Positions 1-10,387 of a stretch of DNA of 64,000 bases are shown piece after piece. The notes below the pieces were generated by a model that was not told where the DNA came from, searched no databases, and saw only the letters and a program-made list of their open reading frames with translations. The stretch comes from a virus (lineage: Duplodnaviria > Caudoviricetes): positions 18,768 to 82,767 of IMG/VR virus record IMGVR_UViG_3300021387_000357. One strand, written 5' to 3'. Position numbers and translations under genes: made by a program. Each line of letters begins with the position of its first letter. The stretch's first letter is position 1.

Positions 1-328
1 AGTTGAAGTTATAAAAAATTGGTGATTAAAGATGAAATGTGATAATTGTGAATATTTAAAAGATGTATTTGGTAATTTTGTTCAATGTATAAAAACTGGA
101 AGATTTCTTAATTATGAATATTGGAATAATGAAGATCCTACAGACTGTCCTTTAAATTTAAAAGAACAAAATATAAAAAAGGAGAAAAAATAACTGGAGA
201 TGAATTAATTGGTTTTATTATTGCAAACCATTTAGAAGATTATGAATTTGTAAGATATGAGTATGGAGATATAAATGATATTTATCCAGAAATAGATGAT
301 GAAAATCATCGAGTATTAATTTAATTTA

Positions 329-357
329 TTGATTTTTTAAAAATTTTATTTTATAAT
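329..357 (+). promoter_or_regulatory. sigma70-like early promoter (representative of 20 copies)
   Basis: TTGATT-N17-TATAAT; further copies start at 4210, 5435, 6533, 7436, 7987, 9335, 11116, 11241, 12621, 16634, 17199, 17614, 18795, 19030, 21452, 41461, 57367, 60039, 63969, all with a 17-nt spacer. Confidence 0.85.
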
Positions 358-389
358 ATATATAGAAAATAAAAAGAGGTGATTTAACA

Positions 390-698
390 ATGTATAAGTC
401 TTATAGAAGAAATCGTAAACAGCATCGTATTAATGGAGATAAGAGAAATCGAATTGGACTTCCTACTGGTATTCTTGCTTCTGATGGAAGTGAGTTACTT
501 ACCGGAGATAAAATCTTTTTTAGTAAGAGCGTTTGTATTGTTCTTTATGGGGGCAGAGATCTTAATACGTTTGAGGCTTGTCCTGTTAAGTGGTGTTGGT
601 TTGGAGAGAAGAATCTTATGGATTATCGTTGTTACAGCACTTCTTTCACTCTTCCAAAAGATAATGGTGCTAAGATGACGATTTTTAAAATTGATTAA
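390..698 (+). CDS. hypothetical early protein
   Basis: ORF with GAGGTG RBS downstream of promoter 329-357; TAA stop. Confidence 0.7.
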   Translation: MYKSYRRNRKQHRINGDKRNRIGLPTGILASDGSELLTGDKIFFSKSVCIVLYGGRDLNTFEACPVKWCWFGEKNLMDYRCYSTSFTLPKDNGAKMTIFKID

Positions 699-709
699 AG
701 GAGCTTATT

Positions 710-1012
710 ATGAATACTTCTTATGCAGCTGTTGAGATGGCGGTTAATCTTGTTATTGAAAATCTTGAAGCAAATCATATTACCAGTGATACCAACAGTA
801 TTCGTAACAGAGTTCTTAGTTGGTATAATCATTCTGATATTGTAGATGCGGAAATGCTTGCGAGTTGTACTCTTATGGGAAAAGATTGGTTTCCTGGAGC
901 TACTTATCAATATATGGTAGATGCCAAAAAGTGGTGGTTCCCGCAAGATCCTTATGACAATATCTCTATTTGGGAAATTGAATCCGCGCAGTATGATGCA
1001 ATGTGGAGGTGA
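710..1012 (+). CDS. hypothetical protein
   Basis: AAGGAG RBS, co-oriented in early operon. Confidence 0.75.
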   Translation: MNTSYAAVEMAVNLVIENLEANHITSDTNSIRNRVLSWYNHSDIVDAEMLASCTLMGKDWFPGATYQYMVDAKKWWFPQDPYDNISIWEIESAQYDAMWR

Positions 1013-1016
1013 ATAA

Positions 1017-1427
1017 ATGGCATCTGAAAATACGATAATTAAAAAACCCCCATTGGGAGCGCCGCCAGCTTATATTATGATTGAAGCAAGAATTAAAGAG
1101 TTGGGTGAAGCTATTGGTCGATATGATAGCTTGACACAAACAACAGATCAGATCAGGTCTTGGGCAAAAGAAGTTTTAATTTATTGTGATACAAGTGATG
1201 CAATAAAAAATATTCAAAAAGAAACAAAAACCGAAGAACCACTTGAAGTTATAACAGAAGAAAAATCTAATTGGGGTTCATTTTCTTCTACTTTAATAAG
1301 AGAGTATTGTCCTAAGTGTCATACCCAAATATTAGAATATTTTTATTCTGATAATGAGCGAATGACTACAAAGTATTGTTGTAATTGCGGACAGAGGTTA
1401 AAATTTACTAAAAAAATATACAATTAA
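1017..1427 (+). CDS. hypothetical protein with C-terminal CxxC...CxxC Zn ribbon
   Basis: CPKC and CCNCGQ motifs. Confidence 0.7.
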   Translation: MASENTIIKKPPLGAPPAYIMIEARIKELGEAIGRYDSLTQTTDQIRSWAKEVLIYCDTSDAIKNIQKETKTEEPLEVITEEKSNWGSFSSTLIREYCPKCHTQILEYFYSDNERMTTKYCCNCGQRLKFTKKIYN

Positions 1428-1446
1428 AAAGGAAAAATTATATAAT

Positions 1447-1740
1447 ATGCAAAAAGAAAATGAATTAATTACAAAAATTGCAGCAATTAACGCTGCAATT
1501 GAAGCTGTTGATAGCTGGTGGGATGGAGTAACTAGCATTGGACGGCAGAAACGGATTGAGAAAGCTATAATGGCACTGCCGTCCGCACAGTATGGGGAAG
1601 ATATTAGAGCAATGTGCGGCGAGTGTGATGCATGGAATAAATATAAGAATTATTCACAATCAGAGCGATTTAATCCATGCACCGTATGTCAAGAGTTTGA
1701 TTGTACAGGATGTAAGTTTAAGAGGACTAAAGGACGGTAA
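1447..1740 (+). CDS. hypothetical Cys-containing protein
   Basis: ORF in operon; CGEC, CTVC, CTGC motifs. Confidence 0.65.
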   Translation: MQKENELITKIAAINAAIEAVDSWWDGVTSIGRQKRIEKAIMALPSAQYGEDIRAMCGECDAWNKYKNYSQSERFNPCTVCQEFDCTGCKFKRTKGR

Positions 1741-1745
1741 ATAGT

Positions 1746-2138
1746 ATGAGTGAAAAAGATTTAGACATTGCCATCGAAAAATGCAAGCGCATCATGGAGT
1801 TTGATACGCGAACGCTGAAAAATCCCGAGTCAGAAAATGGATATATATTTGAAAAAGTTTATGATTTGCTTCAGTTTCTTTCGCAATTCCAGCTTGAGAC
1901 AAATACAGAAGTCAGCGGCATGGATTCCTCCCAGACCGCTGATACTCGTCCAGTAGTGCATGGGAAGTGGATTGGTAGTGATACGCAATGTGGTATTGCG
2001 TGTTCAGTGTGCGGTACACCTGTGGACGATTTTTGTGGAAGTATTGACTATATTCTTTTGGAGTATAAACCAAATTTCTGTCCCCACTGTGGTGCTGACA
2101 TGAGAGAGAATGATGAATGCGATTGTAGTTCTTCATGA
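1746..2138 (+). CDS. phage Zn-ribbon protein (HGKW...CSVCG...FCPHCGADM type)
   Basis: Motif typical of small Firmicutes phage proteins. Confidence 0.7.
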   Translation: MSEKDLDIAIEKCKRIMEFDTRTLKNPESENGYIFEKVYDLLQFLSQFQLETNTEVSGMDSSQTADTRPVVHGKWIGSDTQCGIACSVCGTPVDDFCGSIDYILLEYKPNFCPHCGADMRENDECDCSSS

Positions 2139-2376
2139 TGCTGATTATAAACTTGATCACAATGAAATAACACTTGAAGAATATTTAAAGTTAATTAAAC
2201 CATTGGAAGATGTAGTTCCAGTAATTAGATGTGAGAACTGCACCTTTTGGGATAGAGATCATATTTCTCGTAAGGGTTTTGCTAAGTGTCGCACTGGAGA
2301 GGGTGGAATTAGATATCGAAATCGAAGTGATTTTTGCAGTAAGGGAGCGAGAATGGATGGCAACGGAAACGACTGA
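2110..2376 (+). CDS. small Cys-rich phage protein
   Basis: VIRCENC...DFCS motif; overlaps neighbours. Confidence 0.65.
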   Translation: MMNAIVVLHDADYKLDHNEITLEEYLKLIKPLEDVVPVIRCENCTFWDRDHISRKGFAKCRTGEGGIRYRNRSDFCSKGARMDGNGND

Positions 2377-2533
2377 TAAAAAATATTGCGAGAATTGTTG
2401 TTATACTGGGGCAGGATGGATACATTATCCTAATTATATAGTTTTTCCTTGTGAATGTAAAGATTCTCCATATTATGGATTTATAGTTTCACGTAAAGAC
2501 ACATGCGAAAGGTGGAAAAAAGAAGATGAATAA
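2357..2533 (+). CDS. small Cys-rich phage protein
   Basis: Start revised to ATG 2357 (MATETT); CENCCY...C...TCERW. Confidence 0.6.
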   Translation: MATETTDKKYCENCCYTGAGWIHYPNYIVFPCECKDSPYYGFIVSRKDTCERWKKEDE

Positions 2534-2876
2534 TGACACGATCAGTAGAGCGGCGGCGGTTAACCTTGCAATGTGTTACTGCCCAAATGATGATGGAACA
2601 TGTGATAAAGGCGGTAAAGATTTGCGAGATTTACTAGACGATCTTGAGAACTTGCCGCCCGCACAGCAGTGGATTCCGGTGACGGTAAAACTACCAGACG
2701 AAAGCGGAACATATCTGGTTACTATCAGTTATAAAGACGGAGGTAGTGATGATACTGACTTGATCTGGTACAGCTCTCATTGGAGAGAGTGGAATGAAGG
2801 AGAGCTGTCCGGTGGGAAGGTGATCGCATGGCAACCTAAACCTAAACCGTGGAAAGGAAGACAGGATGACACTTGA
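2526..2876 (+). CDS. DUF551-like protein
   Basis: QWIPVTVKLP...YLVT...VIAWQPKP pattern. Confidence 0.7.
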   Translation: MNNDTISRAAAVNLAMCYCPNDDGTCDKGGKDLRDLLDDLENLPPAQQWIPVTVKLPDESGTYLVTISYKDGGSDDTDLIWYSSHWREWNEGELSGGKVIAWQPKPKPWKGRQDDT

Positions 2877-3315
2877 TGAAGCAATTAAACACGCAGAAGA
2901 AGTGGCAAAGCAAAATGAAGAAGATGCCATTATCTACTCAAATTGTAAAAATCACAAAAAGAATCTTTGTGAAATAAAATTAGTCGAAAATGCAGAAAAG
3001 AGGTGCTGCAAATGTGCTGAAGAACACAGGCAGCTTGCAGAATGGCTGAAAGAATTGAAGCAACTAAGAGAGCAGACAAGGTGGACTCCGTGCAGTAAGA
3101 AACCGCCTGAACCATTTAAACCTGTCTTTATACAGGATTTTTGCGGAGGTTATGATCTCGCTAGGTATATACCGCCAAGAATAAAACCTCAAAAGTATCC
3201 AAACGGATATTGGGGAGAAATAGATAGTGTTGATTACGATTATTTCGATGTTGAAGCGTGGTATCCACTACCTGAGGAGTATCACCCGGAAGGAGATAAG
3301 GATGAAAAAAATTAA
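2866..3315 (+). CDS. DUF551-like protein
   Basis: RWTPCSKKPP...VEAWYPLPE pattern. Confidence 0.7.
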   Translation: MTLDEAIKHAEEVAKQNEEDAIIYSNCKNHKKNLCEIKLVENAEKRCCKCAEEHRQLAEWLKELKQLREQTRWTPCSKKPPEPFKPVFIQDFCGGYDLARYIPPRIKPQKYPNGYWGEIDSVDYDYFDVEAWYPLPEEYHPEGDKDEKN

Positions 3316-3538
3316 ACCCTGTCCATCCTGTGGAGGTAAGGCGATTCTTGTACACATCTCATATGATAATTTATATTGGGTAAGCTGTAATGATCCAAAC
3401 TGTCTTATGCATATAGGTACATATACTAGAACGGAACCAGAGGCAGCAATTGAAATTTGGAATCACCGCCCCGGAGAAGAGGAAGCATATCGCCGTGGAG
3501 TGCAGGGATTGCCGATGGAAGGAGATGACACAATATAA
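3302..3538 (+). CDS. Lar-family restriction alleviation-like Zn-finger protein
   Basis: MKKIKPCPSCGG...C..C...AIEIWNHR; start revised to ATG 3302 after GGAG RBS. Confidence 0.65.
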   Translation: MKKIKPCPSCGGKAILVHISYDNLYWVSCNDPNCLMHIGTYTRTEPEAAIEIWNHRPGEEEAYRRGVQGLPMEGDDTI

Positions 3539-3541
3539 TAA

Positions 3542-3748
3542 ATGACTAAATATATATTGATAGTTTCTGCGTCTATTGGCGTGATGTTTATTTATGTGCT
3601 TATAATCGGATTAATTAGTTTGTTTTTTACAGATCTTAAGACAGATGATACATCAAGTGATTATGATTATGCTATAACTGCAAACATTTTTCAAGCCATT
3701 ATTGTCTTTTGGATAATATGTGAAAAAATAACTGAATTAATGAAATGA
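3542..3748 (+). CDS. small membrane protein
   Basis: Two hydrophobic segments. Confidence 0.6.
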   Translation: MTKYILIVSASIGVMFIYVLIIGLISLFFTDLKTDDTSSDYDYAITANIFQAIIVFWIICEKITELMK

Positions 3749-3767
3749 ATGGAAGGAAATAATAAAT

Positions 3768-4124
3768 ATGGAAAAAATTAGATCATGTCCCTTTTGTGGG
3801 GCGCCTCCGAGAGTAACTACCTGGGATCATGGAGCTTATGTATCATGTTGGAATCCTGCTTGTCCATGTGTTCCTTCAACGCTTGTTTGCCGTACCGCAG
3901 AAGAAGCTATTAATTTTTGGAACCATGGACCCGAAAAAGTGGATGTTGTTAAAGTGATTAAATGTAAGAACTGCAAACACAGACCGACGGGAGAGAATAG
4001 GGATAATTTAGAATTCCCTGATGATAAATGCCCATGCAAATGTGAAGATTACTGGTATTCATGGAAACCAGCGGATGATTGGTTTTGTGGAAATGGCGAA
4101 CGAAAAAATGATGAATAGGAATAA
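3768..4124 (+). CDS. Lar-family-like Zn-finger protein with second Cys-rich domain
   Basis: CPFCG...AINFWN; TAG at 4116 is followed by GAA TAA, so end extended under the recoded code. Confidence 0.6.
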
Positions 4125-4277
4125 TAGTTATTATACAGATAAAAATTAAAACAACTTAATAATATACTATAACCTTATAATTTTTAAAATAAAGCTGTAA
4201 ATCCACAACTTTATTTTTTTTTAAATTTTTTATATAATATATATATAAGATAAAGAAAGAAAGATGGTAGTAAAAAT

Positions 4278-4460
4278 ATGCGGACAGTTCCAAAAAAAGA
4301 TATGATATGTTGTTATCCTTCTGATATGAGAATATCTAAAGAATATCCCGATGGAGTCTATTGTAAATGTGGTAATATTATTAAATTTAAAAATAGAAAA
4401 CCATATGAAACTGTTAAGGTTATATGCCCAATTTGTAATTTTACAATAATTTATGGATAA
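4278..4460 (+). CDS. small Zn-ribbon protein
   Basis: Downstream of promoter 4210-4238; CKCG, CPIC. Confidence 0.55.
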   Translation: MRTVPKKDMICCYPSDMRISKEYPDGVYCKCGNIIKFKNRKPYETVKVICPICNFTIIYG

Positions 4461-4477
4461 ATCAAATTGAGAAAGGA

Positions 4478-5404
4478 ATGGTGGTGAGTATGGGAAAAAT
4501 TTTTGTAGCTGATTCTTACAAGAATATGCAGATTGTTTCTGAGCCTTTTGAAAATGAAAAGGGTAAAAAGGTAGTAAAAGTAAAATGTAAATGTGATAGA
4601 TGTTCTGGTCTTGGTATCATTGTGGCAAGAATTGAAAACAATCAGTATATTCCCATTCCTGTTGATGGCGGTGTGTGCTATAAGTGTGGAGGGACTGGTA
4701 CAGTAGAAAAAATAGTCCGCACTTATACTGAAAAAGAATACAATGCGCTTCAGAAAGCTAAAGAGAGAAATACTCAGAAGAAGGCTGAAGAAAGAGCAAA
4801 AAGAGAAAAAGAACTTCTTGATAATGCCGAAAAGTATAAACATGAAGTCGCTTTAAAACTTGGTTTTGGTGAAGATGAAAAAGTTTATCTTGTTTATGGC
4901 GACGATACTTATGCCATTAAAGATGAGCTGAAGCGACTAGGAGCAAGATTTGACCCTACTCTTAAATGGTTCTTTTCTAAAGAGGTTGAACTTCCTGAGG
5001 GTTATAAACTTTATGGGATGAGTTTTGATGAACTTTATAACTACAATCCGCTCTCAAAATGGGCAGAGTTTAAAGAGGACGCTAAATCTATTGTTTCTCG
5101 AAAAATGATCGAGTTAAAGGGACCGTCTACTTCTAAATTCTATCCTGGTGTTGAGAAAGAACGTATTCGTAACATTACTGCAAAGGTAAAAAGCATCCGC
5201 GGTTTTGAGGGTACATATGGCTATACCGCCATTTACACTTTTACTTCTGAGGATTATGTATTTGTTTGGATGTCCTCTAAGTGCGATGTTGATTTTGCTG
5301 TTGGTGATACTGTTGACCTTGCTGGTACTATCAAGAAGTTTGATGAGTACGCTGGTGTCAAAAATACATATCTTACCAGATGCATTATTAAACCTATTCA
5401 ATAA
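4478..5404 (+). CDS. protein with DnaJ-type Zn finger, coiled coil and probable C-terminal OB fold
   Basis: CDRCSGLG and CYKCGGTG motifs; C-terminal beta-rich VDLAGTIKKFDEYAGVKNTYLTRC. Confidence 0.65.
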   Translation: MVVSMGKIFVADSYKNMQIVSEPFENEKGKKVVKVKCKCDRCSGLGIIVARIENNQYIPIPVDGGVCYKCGGTGTVEKIVRTYTEKEYNALQKAKERNTQKKAEERAKREKELLDNAEKYKHEVALKLGFGEDEKVYLVYGDDTYAIKDELKRLGARFDPTLKWFFSKEVELPEGYKLYGMSFDELYNYNPLSKWAEFKEDAKSIVSRKMIELKGPSTSKFYPGVEKERIRNITAKVKSIRGFEGTYGYTAIYTFTSEDYVFVWMSSKCDVDFAVGDTVDLAGTIKKFDEYAGVKNTYLTRCIIKPIQ

Positions 5405-5484
5405 TTTTTATCAACGGAAGATAAAGATCTTCCGTTGATTTTTTTATAAAATTGTTATATAATATATATAACAATAAAAAAATA

Positions 5485-6180
5485 ATGAATAGGATAACAT
5501 ATATGACTTTTAACAACGAAGCAGTAAATGATATTTTAGAAATTATTTTTCCATTGCCTGAAAGATTTGGATTATTTAAAGATGAACCTGTTAATTTTGA
5601 ATCAATACAACAGTTAATAAAAAGTGTTGATTTAAGAGCTAAAATTAATTTTGGTGTATCTAAAATTGTTATTACTTCTCCAAATTTTAATAATGTTGTA
5701 ATAAAAATTCCTTTTAATGGAGAATTTTGTTACGATGGTGACTGGGAACCATTTCATTGGGCGCCAGGATCTGATAGTTCAGATTATTGTTTAGCAGAAT
5801 ATGAAAAATATCTTCAACTTAAAGAACTTGGATTAAGTTGTTTTGTTGCAAAAACACTTTATTATAAAACAATAAATAATACTCGTGTTTTTATTCAAGA
5901 GAAAGTTATACCAGAAGATAATGTCTGTGTTTTTGATTTTCTACCTTCTTTTAAATCTAAAGAAATTGCGGATGAATGGCAAAAGGAAGGTCAATCTGTA
6001 TTTAATGCATATTGGACTGCCAATTGTTTAGATAAGTATGGAAAATCAAAAGTAGAAAAATTTTTAAATTATTGTAATGAAGTAGACCTTGATATTCTGG
6101 AAGATATGCACTCAGGTAACTACGGATATCGTAAAAATGGCACGCCCGCCATTTTAGATTATTCAAATTTCTTAGATTAA
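5485..6180 (+). CDS. protein kinase-like fold protein
   Basis: VVIKIP, catalytic-loop-like EDMHSGNYG and ILDYS motifs; start revised to 5485 because ATG 5452 lies in the promoter. Confidence 0.65.
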   Translation: MNRITYMTFNNEAVNDILEIIFPLPERFGLFKDEPVNFESIQQLIKSVDLRAKINFGVSKIVITSPNFNNVVIKIPFNGEFCYDGDWEPFHWAPGSDSSDYCLAEYEKYLQLKELGLSCFVAKTLYYKTINNTRVFIQEKVIPEDNVCVFDFLPSFKSKEIADEWQKEGQSVFNAYWTANCLDKYGKSKVEKFLNYCNEVDLDILEDMHSGNYGYRKNGTPAILDYSNFLD

Positions 6181-6310
6181 AGGAGTAAATTATGCAGTAC
6201 GTTTTAATGGGTTTTTTATGCGGAATTCTTACTGTTGGAGTTATTAAATTAAATGATATTGCTTTCGAACTGCATGAAATTGCAAAAAAGATTAAAGGAG
6301 AATAATAAAA

Positions 6311-6517
6311 ATGACTGAACGTGAGGTGGCTTGTATTTATTATATGTATGAAGGCGGTTGTTCTAAAGGAAAAAAGGGAACCTTTAGAGAAGCTTGTCAA
6401 ATTTGTAAAAAGTACAAACCCAGAACAGGAACTGCGCCTGCCCGCGCAAATCTAAAAAAGAAAAAAATGGAAAAAATTAGAGAACGTGATATTCGACAGA
6501 TGTTGCGTGATTATTAA
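6311..6517 (+). CDS. small basic Cys-containing protein
   Basis: AAGGAG RBS. Confidence 0.65.
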   Translation: MTEREVACIYYMYEGGCSKGKKGTFREACQICKKYKPRTGTAPARANLKKKKMEKIRERDIRQMLRDY

Positions 6518-6634
6518 TTTATTCATTCTCTTTTGATTTTTTTAAAAATATATTATATAATATCTTTAGAAAATGAAGAAAGGATTTTTATAAAATTTCT
6601 ATTATAATGAATTTTTTCTTTGAAAGGAGTAATA

Positions 6635-7153
6635 ATGAGTAGAAGTCCTTATTTTTACGTTGAGCGATTTGATAGAAATACAAATAAATATGAACTTCAG
6701 CATCCAATCGTTTGGAATTATAATCATACAAAACAGGAAATAGCAGATCTATTTCCCTACAATGGAAATCATGATCTTTTTTCTATTGTAGAACAAAATG
6801 GTGATTTTTCAGAGATGCATGGTATTCATAGCGGGCTTCCAATGAATGTATCAACAGAAATTGAACAGTCTTATAATGATTGTTGTGAAACAATCTCTGT
6901 AAAGGGAGAAAAAAGAACCTTTTCTCCTACAGTAAGATGGTTCACCTATTCAGATATGTATATTTATTGTCTTAAAAATCCAAAAGTGTTGGATTATGAA
7001 GCCATGGATATGCAGCCTGATGAAAAAGAAATTTTTAAAGATAATCCAATGATGGGTCTTAAAGAACGCATAGATGCTTTTCTTAGTGTAATGGACAGTT
7101 GGAGTTGGGAGGATGATTACAGTTTAATTCGTATCGTTTATTGGATTATGTAA
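6635..7153 (+). CDS. hypothetical protein
   Basis: AAGGAG RBS, own promoter 6533-6561. Confidence 0.7.
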   Translation: MSRSPYFYVERFDRNTNKYELQHPIVWNYNHTKQEIADLFPYNGNHDLFSIVEQNGDFSEMHGIHSGLPMNVSTEIEQSYNDCCETISVKGEKRTFSPTVRWFTYSDMYIYCLKNPKVLDYEAMDMQPDEKEIFKDNPMMGLKERIDAFLSVMDSWSWEDDYSLIRIVYWIM

Positions 7154-7251
7154 AGGAGCAATTAAATGATTGCGTTTATTTTGGGGATCTGGGTAGGATT
7201 TTGGCTCGGTGTAATATTTGGATGTATTAATTTTTAAAAAAGGAGATCATT

Positions 7252-7446
7252 ATGATATATTCTACTTCTTTTTGTATTCATATGAAAACTATGACTGGAT
7301 CATATTTTGAGCCACCAGAATCTTGGTGTGAATTAAATTCTGAATATGACTGCAACAGCTGTCCACATCGTTATTCAAAAGAAGATTATGAATGTGATAG
7401 GGCAGATTATGAATATGACAGATATAGAGACTCCCTTGAATTTTAA
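7252..7446 (+). CDS. small acidic protein
   Basis: AAGGAG RBS. Confidence 0.6.
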   Translation: MIYSTSFCIHMKTMTGSYFEPPESWCELNSEYDCNSCPHRYSKEDYECDRADYEYDRYRDSLEF

Positions 7447-7494
7447 TAAAAATTTTATTATAATATTTATATAAAAAAGGAAGGAAGTATTTAT

Positions 7495-7743
7495 ATGAAT
7501 GATATTTGGTATTATGAATATATTGTAAAAATTTGGGATGATGTTGAAGATAAAGAAGAAATTCGTTGCGGCGTTGTTCCGGCAGAGTCTATGATTGAAG
7601 CAACTAAAGAAATTTGTAATTATTATCCAGAAGAAATCATGGAGATTCAGATGCTTAAGGCAATTGTTGATGGAAAAGTATTTGAATTTAATTATGCAAC
7701 TGAGGATACTGATTTTGATTTTCGTTTCATTAAAAAGGAGTAA
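7495..7743 (+). CDS. small acidic protein
   Basis: Own promoter 7436-7464, AGGAAG RBS. Confidence 0.7.
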   Translation: MNDIWYYEYIVKIWDDVEDKEEIRCGVVPAESMIEATKEICNYYPEEIMEIQMLKAIVDGKVFEFNYATEDTDFDFRFIKKE

Positions 7744-7748
7744 ATGAA

Positions 7749-7961
7749 ATGATTTTTCCTGAATTACTTTTTTATGCGGAAGCCGAAGGATTACTACCAA
7801 CAAGAGCAGGAAAAATTAATGCTATTATTAATGAAATTAAAAATTATCCAGCACCAGTAATAGATCAGACGCATTTTGAAAGAATTTTAAATTGCTATGG
7901 ATTGAGTATTAATGATCTTTCAAATCGAGAAATTAATTATATCAATGCTAGTATTCGCTAA
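7749..7961 (+). CDS. hypothetical protein
   Basis: AAGGAG RBS. Confidence 0.65.
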   Translation: MIFPELLFYAEAEGLLPTRAGKINAIINEIKNYPAPVIDQTHFERILNCYGLSINDLSNREINYINASIR

Positions 7962-8069
7962 GAGGTGGCGATAAACAGACCGCCGCTTGAAATTTTAAAA
8001 AATTTTTAGTATAATATATATGTAAGATAAAGAAAGAACAAAACACAAATAAAAAGGAGATTATACGTT

Positions 8070-8474
8070 ATGGAAAATACTGTTAAGAAGACTAAGGCTA
8101 TGTATTTTGCGGAGCTTCGTGAGATGGTGCTTGCGGCTGTTGAGGATCAGGCGCAGCAGGATGAGCTGATTGATTTTATTGATAAGCAGGTTGAGACTCT
8201 AAATAAGCGTAAGATTGCCGCGGCTGATCGTGCAGCTAAGAAGAGAGCAGAGTCTGATGCTCTTACTGAGGAGATTCTGGGAGTAATCGGTGTCAATCCG
8301 ATGACTGTTGATGAAATTGTTCTTGCACTTGATAATGAAGAGGTTACGCGTAATAAGGTAACAGCTCGTCTTGGCAAGCTTGTAAAGAATGAGTCCATTG
8401 TCAAGGTCGATGTTAAAGTCGATGGTAAGAAGAGAATGGCTTATCAGTTGCCTAATGCGGATGTAGATGAGTAA
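8070..8474 (+). CDS. protein with probable C-terminal winged-helix domain
   Basis: Own promoter 7987-8015, strong RBS; MTVDEIVLAL...KVTARLGKLVK pattern; followed by terminator. Confidence 0.65.
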   Translation: MENTVKKTKAMYFAELREMVLAAVEDQAQQDELIDFIDKQVETLNKRKIAAADRAAKKRAESDALTEEILGVIGVNPMTVDEIVLALDNEEVTRNKVTARLGKLVKNESIVKVDVKVDGKKRMAYQLPNADVDE

Positions 8475-8543
8475 TTTTGAATAAAATTGAATTAAATAAA
8501 GGGGAGATATAATAGTCTCCCCTTTATTTGCATAGGAGAAAAT

Positions 8544-9338
8544 ATGTTTTGTTTAAATTATTATCCATCTTAGAAATACTTTTAGAATATAGATGAATTA
8601 AAAATTAAGTATCGCCGCGCTGACCGTACTTTACCAGATTTTTTAGAAAAATATAAAGATAAGTCTATCGTTATTGATGTTTCAGATTCATTTGAGGATA
8701 TTGATGCAACACTTTTAAAAGGACTAAGTGAAAAATATAATAATATAAAAATTATTTTTGATTTTTATAATGAAGATTTTTTAACAAGAGCAAAAAATTA
8801 TAATATTCCATTCTTTTTTTTAAATCCAGTTACAACGATAGATCAATTACATGGATTTTTAAATCATCATCCTACTGATATGTATATTTGTTAGGAGTTG
8901 GGTTTTTCATTAGATAAAATTAGTAAAATATTACACGATCATAATATAAAAGTGCGGGTATATCCTAATATTTGTCAATCTAGTTTTTCAAAAACACCTA
9001 GTATAAAAACTTTTTTTATTAGACCAGAAGATATTTCAGTTTATTCTGCTTTTGTTGATGTATTTGAATTAATTGCAGATGAAAAAAGACAACAAGTATT
9101 ATTTAAAATTTATCAACAAGGTAAATGGTTTGGTAAAATAAAAGATTTAATTCCAACTTATAAAGGAGAATTGGATAGCAAATATATTCTTAGTTCTTTT
9201 GGTAAAATTAGATGTAAATGCGGCAAGCGGTGTATGTATAAACCTGAAAGCTGTTCTATATGCGACAGATTTTTAGAACTTGCTGACACTCTAAAAGAGA
9301 ATAATATTATAGTACGAAAAGAAAAGATTAATAATTGA
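8544..9338 (+). CDS. TAG-recoded protein with C-terminal Cys cluster
   Basis: ATG after AGGAG RBS; open through three in-frame TAG into ORF 8898-9338 (YIC*ELGF); ends TGA. Confidence 0.7.
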
Positions 9339-9575
9339 TTTTTTAAAATTTTTTTGATATAATATATATATAAGATAAAGAAAGAATATCGGTAGACAAG
9401 CATTAAAAGTCGTGAAGAGAATAAAGCTGGTTATACGTAAGAACGCAGAGGGGAGACACCTCATAGAGCAGGGGAAGTTCCGTAAGATACTCTAAAAACG
9501 AATCGTGCAATCTTACTCAGATGCGTGTGATTGAAACTGCACACCCGATATTTAAATAAAGGAAGAGGTAAAAAT

Positions 9576-9887
9576 ATGAGTGCAAAAGGTTCAATTTTAA
9601 AACAGGAGATTGCAAGTAAAATTCTGGCGACGTTTCCTGGAAGTTTTTTGTATAATGATGGTAAAGAAATCCGTATTAACGGGACTGAGAATGGAGAAAA
9701 GTTGCAAATTAAGGTAACTCTTACGGCGGCTAAGGTTGCTGTTGAAGGTGGAAGCGACATTACTCTACCTGGAGAGGCGGCAACTGTAGATGTAAAACCC
9801 GCAGGAATGAATGAAAAAATTCCTCAGGAACCGACCGCAGAAGAGAAAGAAAGACTTACCACTTTATTAAATAAATTAGGATTATAA
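9576..9887 (+). CDS. hypothetical protein
   Basis: GAGG RBS before MSAKGS; about 190-nt non-coding leader. Confidence 0.7.
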   Translation: MSAKGSILKQEIASKILATFPGSFLYNDGKEIRINGTENGEKLQIKVTLTAAKVAVEGGSDITLPGEAATVDVKPAGMNEKIPQEPTAEEKERLTTLLNKLGL

Positions 9888-10078
9888 AATTATGTTCAAT
9901 AGTGGAATAAATAAAGATATTCATTATAGAGTTATTTTATATGATGACCACGGAGAGGTAATTGAAGATACTACAATTATAGGCCAAGATAATGCTTATA
10001 ATTATGGAGAAAAAAGAGCTTTGGAATTAGGAAAAAGAAAAACCGATTTTACTGTAAAAGTTTGTTAAGGAGATAATT

Positions 10079-10378
10079 ATGGGAGCAGGAGTTCATCTTT
10101 ATCAAATGACTTGTTGGGAATCAGTAGGACATTGGTATGTAAATGATGTTAAAAATCTTAGTGGACGCTCTGCTAAATGGTATACTCCTATGCGAATCTT
10201 AGAAGTTTCTGTTGAGGAATATGTTGATCTTTTATTAAATACATTTCATGCAAAAGGATTAAGTTATTATGCTTCCACAGATTATTTAGCTTTTTATTTC
10301 TCAAAAGAAAAAGACGCTAAGGCATTTTGCTCATATATAAACAAGCAGGCACGGATTAAAAATTATTGTTGTGCATAA
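10079..10378 (+). CDS. hypothetical protein
   Basis: AAGGAG RBS. Confidence 0.7.
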   Translation: MGAGVHLYQMTCWESVGHWYVNDVKNLSGRSAKWYTPMRILEVSVEEYVDLLLNTFHAKGLSYYASTDYLAFYFSKEKDAKAFCSYINKQARIKNYCCA

Positions 10379-10387
10379 GGTGATATT

